NCBI GenBank assembly: GCA_048941285.1
Contig: JBHLNS010000040.1
Location: 1 to 29,733, forward strand
Length of the DNA: 29,733 nucleotides
Reading direction: 5' to 3'
Source of the DNA: Promethearchaeota archaeon
GTDB taxonomy: Archaea; Asgardarchaeota; Lokiarchaeia; Sigyniarchaeales; SOKP01
A model generated the notes under the pieces. That model did no database searches. It worked only from the letters and a program-made list of their open reading frames with translations, and was not told the origin of the DNA. The position numbers and the translations under genes are program-made. Positions 18,689 to 27,543 of this stretch are shown piece by piece. The number at the start of each line of letters is the position of its first letter. Within the stretch, counting starts at the first letter, position 1.

Positions 18689-19249
18689 TTATAATGATTT
18701 ATCTAAAATATTGTTAATAGTCTCTTCTAATTTATTAGATAATTCTTTATCAGCATTCCCGCAAGATTTTAAGATTATTTTTGCTTGATCAGCGTAATCG
18801 ACTTGCTTCTTTACTGTCCAGTCATCCACCATTTCCAAGAGATTATCTATCCTGTCAGCTATTTTAATAATTTTTGCTTCTTTTGAACTATTTATGAAAT
18901 TTTCTAGCCATTCATCTTTTTTACGACCTTTCACATCTTTAGGTTTAGTAAGCTCATTAACGATAGAAACAATTTTTTTTCCAAAATTCTTCTCAATTTC
19001 TTTAAAACTAATGTTAGTGTCTTCCAGAAGATCATGAAATAATGCTGCAATCATTAGTTCTTCATCTTTAAATTCATTGAATCCCGCTGCTCGCAAAATT
19101 AAAGTAATACGAATTGGATGTATGATATATAGAATATCTTTTGCCCGCCGTTTCAGATTGCCATATTTTTCAAAAGCAAAAGATAGAGCTTTCCAGTAAT
19201 TCGAAAAATCTTGCATATAAAAACCATTAAAATTACAATTCTGTTCCAA
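18689..19249 (-). CDS. HD-domain hydrolase of the RelA/SpoT-Mesh1 (small alarmone hydrolase) type
   Basis: YIIHP, AALFHDLLEDT, VNELTK and IKIADRIDNL motifs. True start is probably ATG 19216 (MQDFSNY), which avoids overlap with the upstream gene. Confidence 0.85.
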   Translation of the reverse strand: MEQNCNFNGFYMQDFSNYWKALSFAFEKYGNLKRRAKDILYIIHPIRITLILRAAGFNEFKDEELMIAALFHDLLEDTNISFKEIEKNFGKKIVSIVNELTKPKDVKGRKKDEWLENFINSSKEAKIIKIADRIDNLLEMVDDWTVKKQVDYADQAKIILKSCGNADKELSNKLEETINNILDKSL

Positions 19250-20381
19250 GTTCTAAAGTTTTATCTCGAATTTGAGAATTACTACTTATTTTACAATTGG
19301 GGGCAATAATAGCTCGCTCTAAAACCACATTATCACCAATTTGACAATTATTACAAATTATACTTTCTGTGATAATACAACCCGCACCGATTTTAATCTC
19401 ATCCCATATTACGCTTTTTTCTATTATAGTATCTTCTCCGATTGTTACATTGTTTCCAATGGATGTTAATTCTTTGATCTTAACTCGGTTCTCCAACTGA
19501 ACAAATTCCCCGAAACAAGTAGGCTTTTTGATTATGATATTTTGTCCAGAATTGATTATCCCCATTATAAAGATTTCATCATATTCTACACCATTAGGTA
19601 AAATAGGCCAAGCATATTTACGTAAAAGATCCCAATTCGCCCATAAGTAAGTAATCGAATTCCCTGCATCCATCCAATAATAGTTCTCAACAAAACCATA
19701 TAAATTATATTTATTTTCAAGTAAATAGGGGAAAACTTCGCCACCAAAATCCATTAAACCCGTTTCATGAAGAATATCTCCAATTTCATTATTAAAACAG
19801 TAGATTCCAGTGTTGGCAACATTTGTATGTAAAAAAAGATCTTCTCGTTGAGACATGCTACTTAAATATAATTCCATTGGTCCAGGTTTTTCTAGAAACA
19901 GGTAAATCTTCCTATTATTATCCAATAATACAACACCATATTGAGAAATATGGCTTTCAACGGTTTTCATTGAAATCGTAGCTATTCCTCCCTTATTTGA
20001 GTGAAACTCCATGAAACGTTTCATTGGAAGATTGGTTACAATGTCCGCCATTGATACTACAATATTTTTTGAATCAATACGATCTGTTAAGAGCCTATAG
20101 GCATCTGCAGTACCTTTACTCTCTTGAATATAACATTCTAATTCAACGTCTCCCAATTTGTCTTTTGTCCATGTTTTATTAATGTAATCTTTCATTTCCT
20201 TTCCCATATATGCTAATGCCAGAATTACATGCTTAATGTTAGCGTACAATATATGTGCAATAGCATAATCGACCATAGGGACATTTGTGACTTTAACTAG
20301 AGGTTTCGGAATTAGAGAGGTCAATGGCATTAAACGCGCGCCTTTACCACCAGCTAGAATTATAGCAGACCACTCTCTCAA
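19233..20381 (-). CDS. NDP-sugar pyrophosphorylase (mannose-1-phosphate guanylyltransferase-like) with C-terminal left-handed beta-helix
   Basis: ILAGGKGARLMPLT, PKPL, GTADA, YGVV, FLEKP, NTGIY, YWMDAG and hexapeptide repeats. TTG start with GAGGT 7 nt upstream. Confidence 0.9.
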   Translation of the reverse strand: MREWSAIILAGGKGARLMPLTSLIPKPLVKVTNVPMVDYAIAHILYANIKHVILALAYMGKEMKDYINKTWTKDKLGDVELECYIQESKGTADAYRLLTDRIDSKNIVVSMADIVTNLPMKRFMEFHSNKGGIATISMKTVESHISQYGVVLLDNNRKIYLFLEKPGPMELYLSSMSQREDLFLHTNVANTGIYCFNNEIGDILHETGLMDFGGEVFPYLLENKYNLYGFVENYYWMDAGNSITYLWANWDLLRKYAWPILPNGVEYDEIFIMGIINSGQNIIIKKPTCFGEFVQLENRVKIKELTSIGNNVTIGEDTIIEKSVIWDEIKIGAGCIITESIICNNCQIGDNVVLERAIIAPNCKISSNSQIRDKTLELGTEL

Positions 20382-20483
20382 TATTGATACCTCATGGAAA
20401 ATTTCAAATATGTAACGTATTTAATAGATATAAATCTAATTCAATTTAAATTATAAAGGTTATGTCTTTAGAAAGTAAAATAA

Positions 20484-21716
20484 TTAATTAAGATATTTCT
20501 TCAATGAATTTCTAATTTCTTCTGCCGCCAAGTGAGGTAATTTTCTAGCAACTCGCATATCATCAGCCATTTCAGCACCTCCAATTACTTCATGTGGTAT
20601 AATATCTGCAAACATATGAAAATCTGCATCATAACCATATGGACAACAATTAAATAAAATATTACGATTTTTATCAATTTCAATATCGTCTAATGCTTGA
20701 AAAATAATTTTTAGAGATTTTGCTAAATCTTCAACTTGATTGACTTTTAGTTGGGAAAATCTTCTTATATGCTCGTTTGGATGAAATCTTATATGATAAT
20801 TCCTTACAGGACTTCCTGTAGTATAATAAGTCCAGTATTCCGTTTCTAATATTATCCTATCTGTACCTCCATGAGACGTTTGACACAAATGACATTTACC
20901 CCCCATTTCCTTAAATGCTTCAAGATATCCTTCTAATCTACTTCCATGGCCATCCATATTTAAATCTATATAAACTTGGCTATGTATCCTTGGTTGAGAT
21001 CCACCAACTTTAGTTCCAATATTAAAAAAAGGCATAACTGGAATATCATAATAATCCTTATTGATGGATTCTTCAATACAATAAAGAATTGCCGCTTTCA
21101 TTGAAAGAAAGATACTCGATAAAACTTCCTCAGGAATTAAGTTGAAACATAAAGATGGATAGAAATTTCTTGAAACAGTAACTAAATTTATACCTCTTGA
21201 TAATTTTAAGTGAGGAGGGAGCTTCTGGTGTATGTTCTTTTCAATATCTGGATCTATTATTCTTGCCATTGCAGGAAATCTATTTATTAACGTTAAAGCA
21301 TTAACTGTATCGGAGATCTTCTCTATTCGATGTGGGGTTTCTGAAAAGGGATTGTCACGTCTTTTTTCGTTCTCAGTAATAATTAACGTAAACCCATCTC
21401 CTATTGGCATACCCCAATCATCATATACTACTTTTCCCTCAACTACCGAGGAAAAGACATCCTTATGCTTGCCAATAATTTTTTTTGAACAATCATAGAA
21501 TAATTTTTCATCTTCTGATGTCTTAAAACCCGCAGGTCGCTTTGACCTTATTGGGCTTATATAAGAATAATGGCCATAATACCTTATTCTCTCTTTTCTT
21601 AAACCAAAATCCTCACTTCGTATTCTTACTGTTGATAAAGGATCCCATCTCTTAATTGGAACATCATAAGTAGTTTTATTCTCAAAATTCTCCTTATTGA
21701 TTATACCCCACTCCAT
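20484..21716 (-). CDS. GalT-like (HIT superfamily) hexose-1-phosphate nucleotidyltransferase
   Basis: ENEKRRDNPF, INRFPA, FFNIGTKVGGSQPRIHSQ, CHLC and a C-terminal HIT-like domain. May start upstream at ATC 21761. Confidence 0.75.
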   Translation of the reverse strand: MEWGIINKENFENKTTYDVPIKRWDPLSTVRIRSEDFGLRKERIRYYGHYSYISPIRSKRPAGFKTSEDEKLFYDCSKKIIGKHKDVFSSVVEGKVVYDDWGMPIGDGFTLIITENEKRRDNPFSETPHRIEKISDTVNALTLINRFPAMARIIDPDIEKNIHQKLPPHLKLSRGINLVTVSRNFYPSLCFNLIPEEVLSSIFLSMKAAILYCIEESINKDYYDIPVMPFFNIGTKVGGSQPRIHSQVYIDLNMDGHGSRLEGYLEAFKEMGGKCHLCQTSHGGTDRIILETEYWTYYTTGSPVRNYHIRFHPNEHIRRFSQLKVNQVEDLAKSLKIIFQALDDIEIDKNRNILFNCCPYGYDADFHMFADIIPHEVIGGAEMADDMRVARKLPHLAAEEIRNSLKKYLN

Positions 21717-21862
21717 GAATTTAGGTGAATAATGATCTTGGCTTTTCAGTTTATCAGAGATAAAAATTACCTCTAGTCTTTTTTACATTAGATTTGTTAA
21801 TATTATTTTAATTGTATTTATTTTTTACTTAATTGAGGAATTTAGTTGATGAGTAGATTCTC

Positions 21863-21888
21863 AAAAAAAGAAAAAAAAAAGAAAAAAA
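21863..21888 (-). terminator. oligo-T terminator downstream of the RHH gene
   Basis: Three consecutive A-runs on the + strand (T-runs on the - strand) about 50-75 nt past the stop codon. Confidence 0.45.
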
Positions 21889-21937
21889 TTACTAACCAAT
21901 AAATATCTAAATTATAAAGAGTGAATTGTAAAAAAAT

Positions 21938-22228
21938 TTAATATTCTAAACGTTTGATTATTTTATAAGTTTTAAATTCACGAACGGGTTCATCTTTTTC
22001 ATTTAATCGCTCAACAGGGACTCTTACATAATTCTCATCATCAAATTCTTCCAATTCAGCCTCTTTATATTTAGCTAAATTGTTAGCCATTTTTAGTTCT
22101 CTAAGTAGAAAATCTCGAACAGCTACTCTAATTAACTCAGATCTAGATGGATATAATCCACTTTCTCCCACTAATTTTTCAATACTATCCAGATAGGATT
22201 CAGGAATGTTAACAGTTACAATTTTCAT
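21938..22228 (-). CDS. ribbon-helix-helix (CopG/Arc/MetJ, CdrS-like) transcriptional regulator
   Basis: MKIVTVNIPESYLDSIEKLV...YPSRSELIRVAVRDFL is a classic RHH pattern. Confidence 0.88.
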   Translation of the reverse strand: MKIVTVNIPESYLDSIEKLVGESGLYPSRSELIRVAVRDFLLRELKMANNLAKYKEAELEEFDDENYVRVPVERLNEKDEPVREFKTYKIIKRLEY

Positions 22229-22720
22229 TTTAACCCACTATATTTATTCTTAAATATACCAAATTCAAAAATCGGCAAATTGATTAAAGCTATTTTTACT
22301 ACTACCGCCTTAAACCACAATTTTTTTTATAAGTTATTTTATTACACATTAATATATAAATGTTTATTTTTATCGGATTAATATATTTAAAGAAATACTA
22401 ATTTGTCATGTCTTAAATATTCCAGATAGTATATTAATGTATTAATTTTTAAAATGTTCCTATACTCCTCAAATTTAAGGATATTTTTGAAGTTTATATT
22501 ATTATATAAAGTTGTATGAACAATTTTATAATAAACTAGATTTTTAGATAGTTGAATTTCATAATTATTTCAAATTATTTGCACGTTTGTTTATTTATTT
22601 AAATAATCATAAACAATTTTTCAATTTAAATAACTATATATTTAATAGAATCCAAATTATTATCCCGTTTTGATTAAAATTTGTCAAATTTCAAGACTAT
22701 TGATACGAATGTATCGTTTT

Positions 22721-23752
22721 TCAATATTCCTCCTCTAAGTCTACAACGTTAATAAAATCATGACGTCCTTGAACCATCCGAGAAATATTCTCAATCACCT
22801 CATTCCATCTTAATAAATCATTAAAAGGAGAATAACCTCTATGGGGAGATAATATAATATTATCAAGCGTATGAAAAGGGAAATTAAAAGGAAACATTTT
22901 CCCTTCTTTATTGGTTTCTGGACTATAGTTATACCATACATCTATAGCAGCACCCTGTATACATTTTTGTTCTAAGGCTTTAAATAAGCTTTCTTCATCA
23001 ATAATTTCCCCTCTACTTACATTTATTAATAAACCATCTGACCCCAATAGGTCTAATTCAGATTTCCTAATCATATTCTTTGTTAATGAAGTTACAGGTA
23101 AAGCTACTATGAGAATATCGATCTCCTTAAGAAATTCATTAAGTTGAGCAAATTCATATCTTTTTATCTTAGTTGGCAGTGGATCTTCTTGTTTTTCCCA
23201 ATGCTTTCTTAAAATAGAAAACTCAATATCAAAACCACTCAAAAAACGGTGAACATTTTGATTTATTGCTCCATATCCAAGTAATCCTACTTTTTTAAAC
23301 CTTAATGGAATTGACGCGGCATCATCATCTCCAGTTCTCCATCTTCCTTCACGCATCCATTCATGATGAGGAACAATTTTATTCATAAGTGCTAATAAAA
23401 GAGCGACTGTGTGTTGAGCTACAAAATAAGAGTTTCCATGACCATTAACCAAAATAACTTTCCTTTTTTTATTAATTTCCCGAAAAAGTTGCAAAAGATG
23501 ATGAATTCCAGCCCCAGGATTGATGAACAATTTTAGGTTTGTAGCTTTCATCAAAATCTTATTGGAAGGCCGCCAACCAATTAATATATCTGCTGATGGA
23601 ATAATGTCTAGTAAATCTTCATCTGAAACATCCGTTCGAAATATTACCCGTAGATTATCAAAGCTCTTCAAATTTTTGATAAGATATTCTCTTACATCTT
23701 TAGATATTGTAGAAATAAAACAAACAGTGAAATTCTTATTTGAATTCCTCAT
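22721..23752 (-). CDS. D-isomer-specific 2-hydroxyacid dehydrogenase
   Basis: VGLLGYGAIN Rossmann motif, LINVSRGEIIDE, AAIDVW and ILSPH. Confidence 0.9.
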   Translation of the reverse strand: MRNSNKNFTVCFISTISKDVREYLIKNLKSFDNLRVIFRTDVSDEDLLDIIPSADILIGWRPSNKILMKATNLKLFINPGAGIHHLLQLFREINKKRKVILVNGHGNSYFVAQHTVALLLALMNKIVPHHEWMREGRWRTGDDDAASIPLRFKKVGLLGYGAINQNVHRFLSGFDIEFSILRKHWEKQEDPLPTKIKRYEFAQLNEFLKEIDILIVALPVTSLTKNMIRKSELDLLGSDGLLINVSRGEIIDEESLFKALEQKCIQGAAIDVWYNYSPETNKEGKMFPFNFPFHTLDNIILSPHRGYSPFNDLLRWNEVIENISRMVQGRHDFINVVDLEEEY

Positions 23753-23897
23753 AATTCTAAAATTTGACGAAATTATTTATTAGAGCACATTATCTTTATT
23801 TGCTATATATTAAATTTAATTCAATTAAATTTTTATATACATTCAGTTGCTATAATTTTAACAGAAAAAAAAATTAAAAGAAAAAAAGGGAAAGAAA

Positions 23898-25340
23898 TTG
23901 TCTGATACTGTTTTAAAAAAGCTTTTTCAAGTGTTTGTAAACAAATTAGAATTTAATCCCGCTGATTACTTAGTTTCTGGTGAGGAACAAGAACTTTCAA
24001 ACTTTCAGAAAGAAATGATTGAAAAAGCAACTACAATCATGAAAGATAATATTGTAGGGGATATAAAATCTTTTGGGGGAAGTGTAAAAGTAAATGAAGA
24101 AAAATTTAAGGAACTCGAGAGTAAAGCAAATGAAGAACTAGAAAATCAAGAATATGAAGAAATTAAGAAGGAATTGAAAGCTTATGTAAAAAGGTTAAAA
24201 GAATTAATTGAAAAAACATGTGTGGCAATTATTCCTGTAAAAGAGATGCCTTGGGTTGATGTCTTGTTTCGGACTGTCCCTCGTATAGTATTTAATAAGA
24301 AAGTAGAATTTCAAGATAATGCAATTGCATATTATGGAGAAATTAAATGTTTAATTACAAGATCAACGATTTTTGGGAAAATAAAAAATGAAAAACCCTT
24401 GTTTGCCCCAATTATGGGATCAGTTGATTTAGGAGGGTATAAACTCGATGATTCGATAAAAGAACCTAAATCTCAAATATATCCTTATGTGAGTGCTATT
24501 ATTAATTCATTAGATTCAACTATGATAAAAAATCATCTAGCAAAATATCATGAAGGTTATCAAAGACATGGGGATCCGATTTGTGACTTCTTAATGAAAG
24601 ATAATGAATTATTGAATTCAATGGAAAGAATCACTTCAGGAATCGAGTCAGAACGAATTGATTCAGATGTTGCTGTTTATAGTATAGCGATACCACACCC
24701 TGCTGATAAATCAACATTAGTTTTAGTTACTGATGAAGGAAAAGATCCTGATAAATATTCAAGGTGTTTTGAGGCCCTTTTAAGGTTTTCTGCAGAATCT
24801 TGTAATGTACCCTCTCAATTCCCTCCACTCCCTACAGAGGCAATACCTCAACAAACAGGGGCAGTTAGAACTTCAGGAGGCCAAGAACTAAAGACTTGGA
24901 CTGCAGAAGAATTGGCAGAAGAAGCGCAAAAAAGAATGTCTTCCCAACCGGATATACCTAGTTGGACAGAGGAAGAATTATCTAAATTTGCTGCAGAGCG
25001 AAGTACCGGCTTACCTGAGGGAATGGAAGTTTGGACCGAAGAAGAATTAGAAGAATTAGCAAAGAAGAGACAAGGGGGGTTAGATATCCCAGAATGGAAA
25101 GTGGACGAAAGCCTTCAAGAATGTGTTAAATGTGGCTATAGTCTAAGACCTGGCTGGAGTCGATGTCCGGTTTGTGAGACTCCTGTAGATACTAAACCAG
25201 AGTCAAAAAAATCTGAGGAATCCAAACCAGAATCAGTTGAAGAATCTAAGACAGAACCCATTGAGACTCTAACTGAGGAATCTATTGAAGAAGATACTGA
25301 AGAGTCATCACAAAATACTCAGGAAGAAAAAGACGATTAA
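23898..25340 (+). CDS. hypothetical protein with WTxEEL repeats, zinc ribbon and acidic tail
   Basis: Three WT(A/E)EEL repeats spaced 22-23 aa apart, CVKC-x10-CPVC, and an E/S/K-rich C-terminus. TTG start. Confidence 0.8.
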   Translation: MSDTVLKKLFQVFVNKLEFNPADYLVSGEEQELSNFQKEMIEKATTIMKDNIVGDIKSFGGSVKVNEEKFKELESKANEELENQEYEEIKKELKAYVKRLKELIEKTCVAIIPVKEMPWVDVLFRTVPRIVFNKKVEFQDNAIAYYGEIKCLITRSTIFGKIKNEKPLFAPIMGSVDLGGYKLDDSIKEPKSQIYPYVSAIINSLDSTMIKNHLAKYHEGYQRHGDPICDFLMKDNELLNSMERITSGIESERIDSDVAVYSIAIPHPADKSTLVLVTDEGKDPDKYSRCFEALLRFSAESCNVPSQFPPLPTEAIPQQTGAVRTSGGQELKTWTAEELAEEAQKRMSSQPDIPSWTEEELSKFAAERSTGLPEGMEVWTEEELEELAKKRQGGLDIPEWKVDESLQECVKCGYSLRPGWSRCPVCETPVDTKPESKKSEESKPESVEESKTEPIETLTEESIEEDTEESSQNTQEEKDD

Positions 25341-25517
25341 TACTATATAATTATTGTTGGATTTATTCATATTTCTTTTTAAAAAATCAAAGGAGTTATT
25401 GTCTTTTATAAATTAAACCAAAAACTTTAAAAGGATATGAAATCAACAAGATTCCAAACGTTTTTTAATTTATTTTTATTTTCACCCATATAGAAATTAA
25501 GATTTCTGGAATTATTC

Positions 25518-26516
25518 GTGTTGCACAACATTTTTTTGTTTAAAGGTAATAGAATCCAAGATTTAGAAGATCTTAATATCTATAGTTATCCTCATGAAAT
25601 TATTAGTATTAAAAATAAAATTCTTGTTAATAATATTATAAAAGTACATAATAAGAAAAGCTACATTCAGCAATCAGATTCAAATAATTTTATAATTAAT
25701 GAGCCTATTGCTCAATTTCTCAATGAATTAAATATATACACATGTTGCATTAATGAAACAATTATCATAGGTCTTATTTTTGATAATGAAGATAATCCTT
25801 ATGACTATAAGGAAATATTTGAGGAATTATTAAATGAACTCTTAAATAATGGTAATGGATATTCATTCGATGATGAAATGGAAATTGATAATTTGTTAAT
25901 TTCTATGTTTATTGACATTCGAAGGTTCGGGGATGAAGTGGTTGAAAAGCCTTTTGAATTTGATTACTATTTTGAAAGAGAGACATTTTTTAAAATATTT
26001 CTATTTGGAATTGATGAAGTTGGAAAATCTAGTTTAGTTAGAAGATTAAAAACGGGAGAATTCAACGAGAATTTTTTTACACCAACTAGAAAGTTTAATA
26101 TTGAATATATTCCAGTGAAAGATGAAGGGTTATTAGCTGTATGGGATATGCCTGGACAGAAATCATTCCGATCAAAATGGTTAATAGGACTTCAAGATTC
26201 TAACATTATCGTTTATATGATTGATATTGCAAATCAGAGAAGATTTGATGAATCGAAAAGCGAGTTCTGGAAAGTGATTAATAAAAACGAATTAAATGGA
26301 ATCCCCTTACTTATTTTGGGTAATAAAATTGATTTAATTAAATGTTCTCGAGAAAATTTTGATATTCAAATCCAAAACTTGGAACGAGAACTTACTGACT
26401 TTTATAATTTCAATAAAATAAAAAATCGAAAATGGAATTTCTTATTTACTTCAGTAAAGACTAATTTTAATATTGATAATATAATACCAGAAATTTTTAA
26501 CTTAATGTCATCTTAA
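25518..26516 (+). CDS. Arf/Ras-like small GTPase with an N-terminal extension of about 150 aa (possibly longin/uDENN-like)
   Basis: G1 GIDEVGKS, G2 TPT, G3 WDMPGQ, G4 NKID, G5 TSVK. The N-terminal domain identity is an inference. Confidence 0.85.
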   Translation: MLHNIFLFKGNRIQDLEDLNIYSYPHEIISIKNKILVNNIIKVHNKKSYIQQSDSNNFIINEPIAQFLNELNIYTCCINETIIIGLIFDNEDNPYDYKEIFEELLNELLNNGNGYSFDDEMEIDNLLISMFIDIRRFGDEVVEKPFEFDYYFERETFFKIFLFGIDEVGKSSLVRRLKTGEFNENFFTPTRKFNIEYIPVKDEGLLAVWDMPGQKSFRSKWLIGLQDSNIIVYMIDIANQRRFDESKSEFWKVINKNELNGIPLLILGNKIDLIKCSRENFDIQIQNLERELTDFYNFNKIKNRKWNFLFTSVKTNFNIDNIIPEIFNLMSS

Positions 26517-26678
26517 CTTTTTATTACTAAAGCAAAAATAGATTAAAATACTCAAAGTTGATAAAAAATTAAGATTTGATGTTTTTAACATTAAATTTAA
26601 ATATCTAGCTATTTAAAATTCTATTATATGAAATAAAAACTTAATAATTCTCTTTAGATAATAAATTAGGGATAAACC

Positions 26679-27266
26679 ATGTCTAAAAGACTCAAAAAAG
26701 AATTACAAGTTATGATTGATGAAAAAACAGGTCAATTATATTTTGGTGATAAAAAGAAAGAATTACGCTTATTGATGCTAAGACCAATTGATTTAATCGA
26801 ATTCTCAGAATTTGCTGGTACTAATGCAGACGATATCCTTATTTGGGTTGGTAAAACTATTGGGCGAAATTACATCGATAGATTCTTCTATAATAAAGAC
26901 TGGAGTCCAGAAACTATGGCAACAAAAAAAGAAGTTGTACTTGGGAATCTCGAAGCATTAGAACTTATGGGTTTTGGAGCTTTAACAGGACATTTTAAAA
27001 AAGACCACATCTTAATTGTCGTAGAAGGGTCATTAGCTTCCGAGGAGAAAGATAATATTATGGCAAAAAACTTATGTTTACTTTATCAAGGTCTTTTTAG
27101 TGGTATGTTTGAGAGTCTAAGAATCGATGTTGATGTCGAAGAGATCGAATGCGTTCTTTTAGGGCATGAAAGAGATGTATTCAAATTTGATTTGATTGGT
27201 GAAAAACTGGATGAAAGTTTAGTTGATTCAGAAGAAACTGTATCAGAATTTCTATCTACACTTTAA
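26679..27266 (+). CDS. V4R-domain protein (fold related to TRAPP Bet3)
   Basis: GKTIG, LMGFG, LCLLYQGLFSGMF and VEEIECVLLGHERDVF match the V4R pattern. Confidence 0.78.
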   Translation: MSKRLKKELQVMIDEKTGQLYFGDKKKELRLLMLRPIDLIEFSEFAGTNADDILIWVGKTIGRNYIDRFFYNKDWSPETMATKKEVVLGNLEALELMGFGALTGHFKKDHILIVVEGSLASEEKDNIMAKNLCLLYQGLFSGMFESLRIDVDVEEIECVLLGHERDVFKFDLIGEKLDESLVDSEETVSEFLSTL

Positions 27267-27393
27267 ATTAACTATCAAATTTTAGTATTTCTCTTCATAA
27301 ATATCTCAAAATATCCTCTTTTTGTTAAAGTATAATAGATTAAATCTATTAAATTAGAGCTGCATTAAAATGATAAAAATCTATTTAAATTAT

Positions 27394-27413
27394 AAGAGTG
27401 AAATTTCACACTT
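27394..27413. promoter_or_regulatory. near-perfect 20-bp palindrome upstream of cdhA (candidate operator)
   Basis: AAG-A-GTGAAA|TTTCAC-A-CTT with one mismatched pair, 130 nt upstream of the cdhA start. Confidence 0.35.
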
Positions 27414-27543
27414 TTTTCAATTAATATAGATGAGACTTTAAGTTTTGGAATATAATAATTAAAATAAAATCTAACATAACTCTATTTATAATTAAATATC
27501 AAAAAATCAAATAATAAAAAACATATATAGATGTGAGAAACCT

